Shown: positions 38,729-46,441 of the stretch, in pieces | Layout: each line of letters starts with the position of its first letter | Position numbering within the stretch: the stretch's first letter is position 1 | IMG/VR virus record: IMGVR_UViG_3300032236_000747 | Location: 290,681 to 354,680 of that record | Direction: 5' to 3' (one strand) | Length of the DNA: 64,000 bases | Position numbers and translations under genes: made by a program | The notes under the pieces: model-generated | The model's database searches: none | What the model was told of the DNA's origin: nothing | Seen by the model: the letters and a program-made list of their open reading frames with translations, nothing else

Positions 38729-38757
38729 CAAGTATTTAGTTATGGATAAAAGATGAC

Positions 38758-38786
38758 TTTACAACCGACGATTTCTTGTGTATAAT
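38758..38786 (+). promoter_or_regulatory. Sigma70-like early promoter (leaderless ORF 38793)
   Basis: TTTACA-N17-TATAAT, ATG 6 nt downstream. Confidence 0.7.
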
Positions 38787-38792
38787 ATTACT

Positions 38793-38912
38793 ATGATAGC
38801 TTATTGGATAGTCGCAGGATTTTTTACCGCATTCGGGTGGCATTATGGTGAAAAGTTTATTGTGACATATGTTGACAAACCCGAAACTAAAATAGAACAA
38901 CTGGAAAAGTAA
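38793..38912 (+). CDS. Small membrane protein (39 aa)
   Basis: MIAYWIVAGFFTAFGWHYGEKF... Confidence 0.55.
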   Translation: MIAYWIVAGFFTAFGWHYGEKFIVTYVDKPETKIEQLEK

Positions 38913-38913
38913 T

Positions 38914-39138
38914 ATGGCAACAAAGAAAAAAGCCAAACAGTTTAACTATGCTGTAGGTCACTACTGGGAAGGCGAAAGCGGATCAGTAGGTACTTATGCT
39001 TACGGCAATGATATCTTCTACGGCACTATGGAACAAGCACAAAGCTTCTTGAAATATGTACAGGAAGAGAACAAAAAGAAAAAAGTAGCTGATCGCAGAG
39101 ATTGGCGTATCTTTCAACTAATCGAAGTTCCGGTATGA
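38914..39138 (+). CDS. Hypothetical early protein
   Basis: 74 aa, coupled array. Confidence 0.65.
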   Translation: MATKKKAKQFNYAVGHYWEGESGSVGTYAYGNDIFYGTMEQAQSFLKYVQEENKKKKVADRRDWRIFQLIEVPV

Positions 39139-39251
39139 CAGAATTTAGCTGGGGGCCAATCATTGGCACAGTTATTGCTATTGCGGGTATGTTGTTTGCG
39201 TTGGTATTGGGTTATATCATCGGTTATAGTGATGCCAAGGAAGGCAGATGA
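39135..39251 (+). CDS. Small membrane protein (38 aa)
   Basis: ATGA overlaps both ends; hydrophobic segment. Confidence 0.55.
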   Translation: MTEFSWGPIIGTVIAIAGMLFALVLGYIIGYSDAKEGR

Positions 39252-39457
39252 ATGAATCCGAGAACACCATGCGAGCCTTGGCAGAAAAGCCGTTGCTGGT
39301 CAAAAGCCGCTGGTGCTTGGTTGGATGGCATCGTTGGACACAGTGGGGTAAACCACTAATCCGAGAAGAAGGCGCCTATACAGTAGACTATCAAACTCGA
39401 GTTTGTGCCAGTTGTAATGTGTATAATGTTAAAGTTTTGAGAAGGGTATGGAAATGA
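39248..39457 (+). CDS. Hypothetical protein with C-x4-H-x-W and CxxC motifs
   Basis: WCLVGWHRW...VCASC. Confidence 0.6.
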   Translation: MNESENTMRALAEKPLLVKSRWCLVGWHRWTQWGKPLIREEGAYTVDYQTRVCASCNVYNVKVLRRVWK

Positions 39458-39470
39458 TGCAAGATTTAGA

Positions 39471-39495
39471 AGTTTTTTATGAGGATGACGAATGA
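39471..39495 (+). repeat. 25-bp direct repeat copy 1 (gene junction)
   Basis: AGTTTTTTATGAGGATGACGAATGA identical to 40255-40279. Confidence 0.9.
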
Positions 39496-39941
39496 AAACA
39501 CAAACAGTTGAAACATACGATTGGCAAGAAGATGTTGAGCCTATTCTTCGTGCCAATCTAAATGAACTACTTGTTGCTAAAGGTATTGACCCATTAGATG
39601 ACTTACACGGCGGTACCTTCAAAGATGGCAAGTGGGTTAGTGTTAGTGAATCACGGGACTATCGTAACTACTGGCATGCCTATGTTGAGATGTGGGGTGA
39701 GCGACTACATAACGACAGTTATCAAAATGTTTGGTTCAATGACGCCGATGATGACGAAGAATGGCACTACTGTGTCAAACATCTACGTCAATGGGCTAAC
39801 CATACCTATCGTCAGTATAATCACACTGACCCTAACTGGACAGATGACTTAGTTATTGCGTTGCGTAAGGTAGTGAAAGAACATTTCCCTAAAGATGAAG
39901 TACATGGTGGTCATCCTGTTGTATTCTGGTGGAGTTGGTAA
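39492..39941 (+). CDS. Hypothetical protein
   Basis: 149 aa, GAGGA RBS inside repeat. Confidence 0.7.
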   Translation: MKTQTVETYDWQEDVEPILRANLNELLVAKGIDPLDDLHGGTFKDGKWVSVSESRDYRNYWHAYVEMWGERLHNDSYQNVWFNDADDDEEWHYCVKHLRQWANHTYRQYNHTDPNWTDDLVIALRKVVKEHFPKDEVHGGHPVVFWWSW

Positions 39942-40279
39942 TGATTACACTACAACTATTGGAAGCTGATGATGTTGTACATCCAGATGATTGGTGCCGT
40001 CCTTTAAGCATTGTATCAATGAGCGGTGGACACAGTGATTACTATTCATTTACTAATCAATACACGGGCGCACCTGAGAACAATGTCAAATGGGTCAAAG
40101 TCAAATATATTCTTGGCAAACCTTGGCACGGCAAAACAGTCAAAGAGATTGACGCAGGTCTAGGTAAGTTTATAAAATATGAATATGTAAGGGGAGATAT
40201 CCCAATACGAAGCCGACTGAGTCTGAGTGGTTACAACATCACTGACTATACAAAAGTTTTTTATGAGGATGACGAATGA
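39941..40279 (+). CDS. Hypothetical protein
   Basis: TAATG overlap, GGAG RBS. Confidence 0.65.
   Translation: MITLQLLEADDVVHPDDWCRPLSIVSMSGGHSDYYSFTNQYTGAPENNVKWVKVKYILGKPWHGKTVKEIDAGLGKFIKYEYVRGDIPIRSRLSLSGYNITDYTKVFYEDDE
40255..40279 (+). repeat. 25-bp direct repeat copy 2
   Basis: Identical to 39471-39495. Confidence 0.9.
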
Positions 40280-40455
40280 TGATTCCACACACTGAATATG
40301 AAAAACTTGCCCTCCTTGAAGAAATTCAACGAGGGGACAAGGTCGTTCTTCCTACCAGTATGGAACACGCTAGGTTTATGGTGATGGTTGGGCAGGCCTA
40401 TATCAATGAGCATCATCAGGCTTTAATGGATACCATTAAATACTCTGATAAATAA
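40276..40455 (+). CDS. Hypothetical protein (59 aa, not in ORF track)
   Basis: ATGA overlap; MMIPHTEYEKLALLEEIQRGDKVVLP... Confidence 0.6.
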   Translation: MMIPHTEYEKLALLEEIQRGDKVVLPTSMEHARFMVMVGQAYINEHHQALMDTIKYSDK

Positions 40456-40456
40456 A

Positions 40457-40513
40457 TTTGCGGGTGGTCCGCAAACCCACAGACTTTAATAATAAGCGTT
40501 TAGTCTGTACGCT
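40457..40513 (+). promoter_or_regulatory. Structured 5' leader: hairpin plus H-type pseudoknot
   Basis: TTTGCGG/CCGCAAA; ACAGACT/AGTCTGT whose loop AGCGT pairs with adjacent ACGCT, just upstream of AAGGAG. Confidence 0.5.
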
Positions 40514-40528
40514 GTATAAGGAGATACC

Positions 40529-41425
40529 ATGATGTATCAATCAAAACTCGTTGCGAGTCTAAAAGCTAACGGCAAAATTCTACGTGAATTTAAAGACACA
40601 GTATACATTCCATTCGGCAGTGAATACTCATTCCTAATCAAGAACCTTCATACACAACGAGCATGTGTTAATATTTTTATTGACGGTGAAGATGTTGTAG
40701 AGGGCGGACTTGTTGTTAACGCAGGACAAGAAGTTAACCTAGAACGTTATGTAAAGAACGGTAACCTCACAGCAGGTAACAAGTTTAAGTTTATTGAACG
40801 CACAGGTGCAGTTGAAGAGCACCGAGGTATAAAACTAGAAGATGGTCTAGTGCGCATTGAGTTCCAATACGAAAAGTATACACCACCATTGGTTACAACG
40901 AAATGGGTTCCGGGACATTATGAGTACGACACTAGCCTTACTCGCGGCCTGTTTAACAATCCAATGTATGGTGGTATGACTGGCATTAGCAATAGCACCG
41001 GAGATCGTTTCAGCGTAACTGCTAGCGGTGCTAGCTATTCAACTAATGTTAACGGCCAAATGCGTGGTGTTGATTTTAGCAAAGGAGAAAGTGTAAAAGC
41101 AACTGCTGCGGCCGCAATCAACAAAGTAGCACCTCAGTCTAGCGAAGTACACGATGGTATGGCCACTTGTGATTGGAACGATGTTGGTATTACTGTTCCC
41201 GGTAGCAAGTCAGATCAACGTTTCACTCATATTACAATGGGGGCAATGGAAATAGAAAAGCATAGTATTGTTCTTAAACTACTAGGCGAAACCCCTGATA
41301 ACAAACCTGTACTACAGCCCGTTACAGTTGAACGCAAGCCCGAGTGTGTGACCTGCGGCAAGAAGAACAAGGCTACTGCTAAGTTTTGCGCAGAGTGTGG
41401 TACAGCACTAGAAATATTTGCTTAA
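40529..41425 (+). CDS. Hypothetical protein with C-terminal double zinc ribbon
   Basis: CVTCGKK...FCAECGT at C-terminus; strong RBS. Confidence 0.75.
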   Translation: MMYQSKLVASLKANGKILREFKDTVYIPFGSEYSFLIKNLHTQRACVNIFIDGEDVVEGGLVVNAGQEVNLERYVKNGNLTAGNKFKFIERTGAVEEHRGIKLEDGLVRIEFQYEKYTPPLVTTKWVPGHYEYDTSLTRGLFNNPMYGGMTGISNSTGDRFSVTASGASYSTNVNGQMRGVDFSKGESVKATAAAAINKVAPQSSEVHDGMATCDWNDVGITVPGSKSDQRFTHITMGAMEIEKHSIVLKLLGETPDNKPVLQPVTVERKPECVTCGKKNKATAKFCAECGTALEIFA

Positions 41426-41439
41426 TATTTTAGTACTAC

Positions 41440-41459
41440 AAATCCGCTTCGGCGGATTT
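41440..41459 (+). terminator. Rho-independent terminator
   Basis: AAATCCGC-TTCG-GCGGATTT. Confidence 0.75.
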
Positions 41460-41462
41460 CTA

Positions 41463-41491
41463 TTGACTATTTGATAAAACCACTGTATAAT
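41463..41491 (+). promoter_or_regulatory. Early promoter with TAAAACCA(C/G)TG spacer motif
   Basis: TTGACT-N17-TATAAT; ATG at 41498 (leaderless). Confidence 0.8.
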
Positions 41492-41497
41492 AATAAC

Positions 41498-41905
41498 ATG
41501 GAATACAAAGTTCAATGCCGTAGCACTAAGACAAAGCGTTATGTGGAATCACTAATGCCTAGTTTAATCAAACAGCTGAAACTTGAAAATAGTCGCAGAT
41601 TTGTGTTGATCGACATATCTAAAAATGCTCCTAATCCACTAGCACTCGGTAGCACCACTACGTTGCCTGGATTAGATAGCTATGTTATAGCATTGCGTCC
41701 TCAAAAGTTATTAGAACTAGGCTCTACCCTAGCACATGAAATGATTCATGTTAAACAGTTTGCCAAGGGACAGTTTCAGATTGTAGACGGCAAGTATTTC
41801 TGGATGGGCAAGCGTGTTACAAAACGTACAAAATACTTAGACCAACCCTGGGAAGTAGATGCTTACAGTAAACAAGAAATCGTTTTTCGAAAGGCCTTAG
41901 AATGA
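41498..41905 (+). CDS. HExxH zinc metallopeptidase-like protein
   Basis: TLAHEMIHVKQF ... PWEVDAY. Confidence 0.8.
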   Translation: MEYKVQCRSTKTKRYVESLMPSLIKQLKLENSRRFVLIDISKNAPNPLALGSTTTLPGLDSYVIALRPQKLLELGSTLAHEMIHVKQFAKGQFQIVDGKYFWMGKRVTKRTKYLDQPWEVDAYSKQEIVFRKALE

Positions 41906-42105
41906 ACATCCAAACCGTAGCAGACAATCTGCGTAACACAATCTCCGGCAAGGAATACATGCTCCAAGAACTTGAAGGAATGAAGTTCAACGAGATAGGC
42001 AAGAACATTGCCAATGATGCAACAATCAAGTTTCTTACTATCAACATCGGCGAACTCCGGCGTATCTTAGAGGATGTGGAACAGTGTATCGGAGTTGAAG
42101 AATGA
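41902..42105 (+). CDS. Hypothetical protein ending GVEE
   Basis: Ends in TCGGAGTTGAAGAATGA, shared with 58785 and 59203. Confidence 0.65.
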   Translation: MNIQTVADNLRNTISGKEYMLQELEGMKFNEIGKNIANDATIKFLTINIGELRRILEDVEQCIGVEE

Positions 42106-42115
42106 ATAAAAAGCC

Positions 42116-42144
42116 TTGACATCTTGGTAAAACCAGTGTATAAT
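42116..42144 (+). promoter_or_regulatory. Early promoter
   Basis: TTGACA-N17-TATAAT with GGTAAAACCAGTG spacer. Confidence 0.9.
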
Positions 42145-42170
42145 AATATACATCGCAACAAGGAGTTAAC

Positions 42171-42551
42171 ATGGCACGTTTAACCAAAGCAGAAAAACTG
42201 GCACTTGAGCACGCAGAGCGTGAAGAGCGTGAGGCAACTGCCGCTGCACATTACTTTCCACGCTTAATGGCAGCATTAGCCACAGCTACAAACTATCCAA
42301 ATAACTTTGAGCTCAAAGTTAAAGACGGAATGTTTTTACTATATAATCGCAATACGGAAGAAACTTATGCGTTAAGCCCTTCTTGGAATCGCGAAGTATG
42401 GGAGTTAGACAACTTAGAAACAGAGCTTGAACATGCCGAACAAGCTCGCATTGAAGCCAAGCGTATTGATGATCTTGCTAGGGCCGCTTTTAACAAGCTG
42501 ACCAAAGAAGAACAACAAGCTCTGGGATTGAATAGCCGTTACAACTGGTAA
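42171..42551 (+). CDS. Hypothetical early protein
   Basis: AAGGAG RBS, 126 aa. Confidence 0.75.
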   Translation: MARLTKAEKLALEHAEREEREATAAAHYFPRLMAALATATNYPNNFELKVKDGMFLLYNRNTEETYALSPSWNREVWELDNLETELEHAEQARIEAKRIDDLARAAFNKLTKEEQQALGLNSRYNW

Positions 42552-42561
42552 GGAGTCCAAA

Positions 42562-42729
42562 ATGGATGAACTTAAAATTCGCTTCGACGAGGACGAAGGT
42601 AAGTATTATGTATACTTTAATGGACCTTGGGGGCAATGTGCTTATCAAAGTGATCCTTTTGATACTCTAGAAGAAGCCGAGGCTTTTAAGCAAGAACAAG
42701 AAGATTCTGCCGATTATTCTGGCGAATAA
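42562..42729 (+). CDS. Small acidic hypothetical protein (55 aa)
   Basis: AAGGAG RBS; MDELKIRFDEDEGKYYVYF... Confidence 0.65.
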   Translation: MDELKIRFDEDEGKYYVYFNGPWGQCAYQSDPFDTLEEAEAFKQEQEDSADYSGE

Positions 42730-42732
42730 TGG

Positions 42733-42761
42733 TTGACAATACGGTAAAACCAGTGTATAAT
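42733..42761 (+). promoter_or_regulatory. Early promoter for rIIA
   Basis: TTGACA-N17-TATAAT with GGTAAAACCAGTG spacer. Confidence 0.9.
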
Positions 42762-42799
42762 AAACACATACAGACAAACACACAACTGAAAGGTAAAAA

Positions 42800-44998
42800 A
42801 TGATTCTTAACACAGCACCACAAGACCAAGCTATTTTAAGCAACGTCGGTGAAATTGGCGACTTTAAGATTAAAGCAAGTGCCAAGGCATTCAGTATCTT
42901 GAGCTCAGGCTTGTATGCTAACAAGATCCGTGCTATTGTGCGTGAGTTGTCGTGTAATGCGGTAGACAGTCATGTGGCTGCAGGCAAAGAAGAGGTACCG
43001 TTTGAAGTACATTTGCCTAACCAACTTAGTCCACATTTTAGTGTGCGTGACTTTGGTACTGGTTTAAGCCACGAGCAAGTTACACAAATCTATACAACTT
43101 ACTTTGAAAGTACCAAGACTGACAGTAACTCCTTTATTGGTGCATTGGGCCTAGGCTCAAAGAGCCCGTTCTCTTACACAGATAACTTCACTGTTACTGC
43201 TATCAAAGATGGTCGTAAGGGCATTTACTCTGCGTTCATCAACAACGACGGTGTGCCTAGCATTGCGTTGATGATGGAAGAACAAACTGACGAACCAGCA
43301 GGTGTTGAAGTTAAGTTTGCCGTTGAAGATCGCTATGACACTTCTAAGTTTGCTGAAGAAGCTCGTCATGTGTTTATCAACTTCAAGTTGCGTCCAACTA
43401 TCCTAGGTAGCTCAGGATTCCAGTTCTATGAGCGCAAATATGAATCCAAGGACATTATTCCAGGCGTACACAACTTTACTACACGTGGCTATGATAAGAG
43501 TATTGCTGTTATGGGCAATATTGGTTATCCGATCGATGTTCCTAACGCAGAAAAGAATCTAGGTGAACTAGAAAACTTGTTGAGCTGTGGTTTGGAAATG
43601 CACTTTGCTATCGGTGAGCTTGACTTCCAAGCAAGCCGCGAAGGTTTGTCATACATTCCTAGTACCATTGAAGCTATTCGTAAAAAGTTAAAAGATGTTA
43701 ATGAAGCATTAACTGTAGTGTTAGCTAAAGAAGCAGACGCTATTGTTAATCTCTGGGAACGTGCAGACTTTTTGAATCGTCGTTCAAACAACTATCTGTG
43801 GCGAGCCGCTGTTGAGAAATATGTAACTGACTCGAAATTTGAGTTGATTGAAAAGACTCATAACTATTTGCGTACACGAGTATTTGAACTCGGTGTATCC
43901 GATCTGGCATCTAAGTTCAATATTTCATTAAACGGCTTTATCAAACAACAGAGTTATTCAGCTTGTACTAAGATGAGTTCTCACAGCAAGAGCATCGGCC
44001 CTGACCCTGATCGTCCTGGTTATTACCTTACTAAACAAGTGTGGGACGTTAGTGCCAGTTTAGACACGGGCTTTGTAATCAACGATACAAAAGTTGGTGC
44101 CACAGAGCGTGCCAAGTATCATTGGAGAAATACTCCCCGCAAGAATGATGACGGTACAACTATTCCTTCAAATGTCTTTGTGTTAGAAAAAGCTGACCGT
44201 AGTAAAGAAATGAAACTCAAGGAATTCTTTGATTACATTTCTAGTCCACCAACTGCCAATGTCTTTACGGCATCTGATTTGAAGGAAAAGCCACGCCAAA
44301 CATCATCTGCCTTGGGTCGTAATGTTAGCCTAATGCGCATGGAAGAACGTGGCATGGGCGGTTACTATCGTGAAAAGGAAATGGTATGGCGTGATGCTGG
44401 AAAGCTCGACTCTTACGACAATAGCAAGACCTACTACTATTTGCCTTTGAGTGGATACACTGTTCAAAGTGCGTATGGGTACACTAGTGCTACAGAGATG
44501 TATAAAGATCTCAACGAGTGTGGTATCGGTGGTTTGATTCCAGAAACTGTTTTTGGTGTTCGTAAGATCGACATCGAAGCTGTTAAGGCCAAGAAGAACT
44601 GGGTCAACCTTGAAAAGTTTGTTTTGGATAAACTGACCAAGCAGAATCCCAATGATTTGATGTCGTTGGCTGTTAGTGCCATTGACGACTACGAAAGAGT
44701 CAAGTATAATAGTAAGATCGTCAACAAAGTCTCTGATCCTAAGAGTCCGTACTCGGTATTGGCAAATAAGTTCAAAGGCGTAACAGCAAAACGTTACAGT
44801 AGTCATCGTTTGAATAGTGTGTGTTCTAAGTTTATTCCTAAGAACCCTATTAATCCAGACAAGATTATTGCATCGTTTGTTAAAGAATCAAAGGATGTGA
44901 TTGCCCGGTATCCTTTGTTAGAAATCATGCGTTCGGATTCGAAACATGAAGCAGTGGCAGAGTACATTAACATGATTGACGCAAAGAAAGGTGTCTAA
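42800..44998 (+). CDS. rIIA: T4 rIIA-like protein (N-terminal GHKL/HSP90-like ATPase)
   Basis: RELSCNAVDSH, VRDFGTGL, STK, GALGLGSKSPF motifs; adjacent rIIB-like gene. Confidence 0.88.
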   Translation: MILNTAPQDQAILSNVGEIGDFKIKASAKAFSILSSGLYANKIRAIVRELSCNAVDSHVAAGKEEVPFEVHLPNQLSPHFSVRDFGTGLSHEQVTQIYTTYFESTKTDSNSFIGALGLGSKSPFSYTDNFTVTAIKDGRKGIYSAFINNDGVPSIALMMEEQTDEPAGVEVKFAVEDRYDTSKFAEEARHVFINFKLRPTILGSSGFQFYERKYESKDIIPGVHNFTTRGYDKSIAVMGNIGYPIDVPNAEKNLGELENLLSCGLEMHFAIGELDFQASREGLSYIPSTIEAIRKKLKDVNEALTVVLAKEADAIVNLWERADFLNRRSNNYLWRAAVEKYVTDSKFELIEKTHNYLRTRVFELGVSDLASKFNISLNGFIKQQSYSACTKMSSHSKSIGPDPDRPGYYLTKQVWDVSASLDTGFVINDTKVGATERAKYHWRNTPRKNDDGTTIPSNVFVLEKADRSKEMKLKEFFDYISSPPTANVFTASDLKEKPRQTSSALGRNVSLMRMEERGMGGYYREKEMVWRDAGKLDSYDNSKTYYYLPLSGYTVQSAYGYTSATEMYKDLNECGIGGLIPETVFGVRKIDIEAVKAKKNWVNLEKFVLDKLTKQNPNDLMSLAVSAIDDYERVKYNSKIVNKVSDPKSPYSVLANKFKGVTAKRYSSHRLNSVCSKFIPKNPINPDKIIASFVKESKDVIARYPLLEIMRSDSKHEAVAEYINMIDAKKGV

Positions 44999-45231
44999 TG
45001 AAAACATTTGATACATTTGAAGAGGTAGTAGAAATGCTACCTTGTATGAAAAAACCGATTGTAGTTCACACAAAGCGTATTGACGAAGAGTTTCGAGTTA
45101 ATACACTGGAAGGTAATTACAAACAAGGCAAGCCCGGAGACTATTTGATGAAGGGCATCGACGGAGAGTTGTATATTTGCGACGGTCCGATTTTTGAGAA
45201 AACTTACGATATTTTGAAAGAAGGCAAGTAA
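44998..45231 (+). CDS. Small hypothetical protein (PGDY-motif)
   Basis: TLEG...GKPGDYLMKGIDGELY. Confidence 0.7.
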   Translation: MKTFDTFEEVVEMLPCMKKPIVVHTKRIDEEFRVNTLEGNYKQGKPGDYLMKGIDGELYICDGPIFEKTYDILKEGK

Positions 45232-45232
45232 A

Positions 45233-46042
45233 ATGGCATACCCATATTTGATCCAAGGTAAGAACATTGTTGTTGTTATTGGCAATAACAGTCATACTAT
45301 TAACAAGAGTCACATTAACTATCAGAAGGTTCTTGATGCTATTAAAGCTGATGATTGGGACACAGTTAAGAATGTGATTGAACCACAGAAGGTTGTCCTT
45401 AACTATGGCGCTGGCAATATCAGCATCAAAGGTGATGTACTGTATTGGAAGAATGAAGAACTTCATACTAGCCTTACAGTTCGTATCATCGAGATGTTGG
45501 AAGAAGGCTTTCCGATTGAGCCAATGGTTAACTTTATGGAAAACTTGATGTCTAACCCAAGTAAGCGTGCCGTTAGTGAGTTGTATGGTTTCTTGTCAAA
45601 GAATAACTTGCCAATCACTCCAGATGGTCACTTCTTGGCCTACAAGAAAGTACGCGATACTTACTTCGACGTCCACAGCAACACCATGGACAATAGCGTT
45701 GGTAAAGTTCTTGAAATGGAACGTAATCAAGTTGACGATGATCAGAACAATACTTGTTCAACAGGTCTGCACTTCTGTAGTCAAAGCTATTTGAATCACT
45801 TTGGTGGAGAGCGTACAGTTATTGTTAAGATCAATCCACGTGACGTTGTAAGTATTCCTACTGACTACAATGACAGCAAAGGTCGCACTTGCCGCTATGA
45901 AGTTATCGGCGAGTTGGGCGTTGATGCCGACGAAGCGTTTACAGCGCCTGTACAAGAAAATGCCAATCAACCAGTGTTTGATAATGTCAACTACGGTGCT
46001 GGTACTTCAAACATGCCATTTGGTTCTCCAAACGGTGGTTAA
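45233..46042 (+). CDS. rIIB: T4 rIIB-like protein
   Basis: ITPDGHFLAYKKV, MERNQVDDD, CSTGLHFCS, VKINPRDVVSIPTDYN..KGRTCRYEV. Confidence 0.88.
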   Translation: MAYPYLIQGKNIVVVIGNNSHTINKSHINYQKVLDAIKADDWDTVKNVIEPQKVVLNYGAGNISIKGDVLYWKNEELHTSLTVRIIEMLEEGFPIEPMVNFMENLMSNPSKRAVSELYGFLSKNNLPITPDGHFLAYKKVRDTYFDVHSNTMDNSVGKVLEMERNQVDDDQNNTCSTGLHFCSQSYLNHFGGERTVIVKINPRDVVSIPTDYNDSKGRTCRYEVIGELGVDADEAFTAPVQENANQPVFDNVNYGAGTSNMPFGSPNGG

Positions 46043-46065
46043 AAAAGGGGCTTAGACCCCTTTTT
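46041..46065 (+). terminator. Rho-independent terminator
   Basis: AAAAAAGGGG/CCCCTTTTT. Confidence 0.75.
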
Positions 46066-46338
46066 ATGTTGTAAAAGGACAGCGCGGTAAGGTTGGCGCC
46101 CGTGGCAAAATGTAACTCGGATTCCATAGGATGCGGCGATGCTTAAATGCTCCCCGAGGTAGAATATGCCTAAGTTACGATCAACCCTTCCAGCAGTCGG
46201 GAAAAAGCGAAAACGCGAAAGCGGTCAGTAAAGGTTGGCAAATATGGACAAGGCACCCGCTTTTAGGAACCCCCATATAACCGTTGTAAAACTGGCAAGT
46301 GAGGTTACCACCGGTCAAATCCAAGACTGCTACAACAT
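46066..46338 (+). ncRNA. Candidate large (about 270 nt) structured RNA of unknown class
   Basis: ORF-free, GC-rich; terminal stem ATGTTGTA/TACAACAT and nested long-range stems. Confidence 0.65.
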
Positions 46339-46357
46339 ATTTTGAATAATAAATCAC

Positions 46358-46415
46358 TTTACAACGTGATTAAATGATAGTATAATAAATACATACAGCA
46401 AAGAGATAGACTCTG
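46358..46415 (+). promoter_or_regulatory. Composite sigma70/late promoter plus GAUAGAC-loop leader hairpin
   Basis: TTTACA-N17-TATAAT overlapping TAAATA; AATCAC-N8-GTGATT palindrome; AGAG-ATAGA-CTCT hairpin. Confidence 0.7.
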
Positions 46416-46441
46416 AGCACATTTATACAAAGGATTTTTGT

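Noticed and set aside
46066-46338. Group I intron interpretation
   Set aside because: The GCAGTC/GACTGC pairing is in the wrong order for R/S (P7), and it does not interrupt a gene
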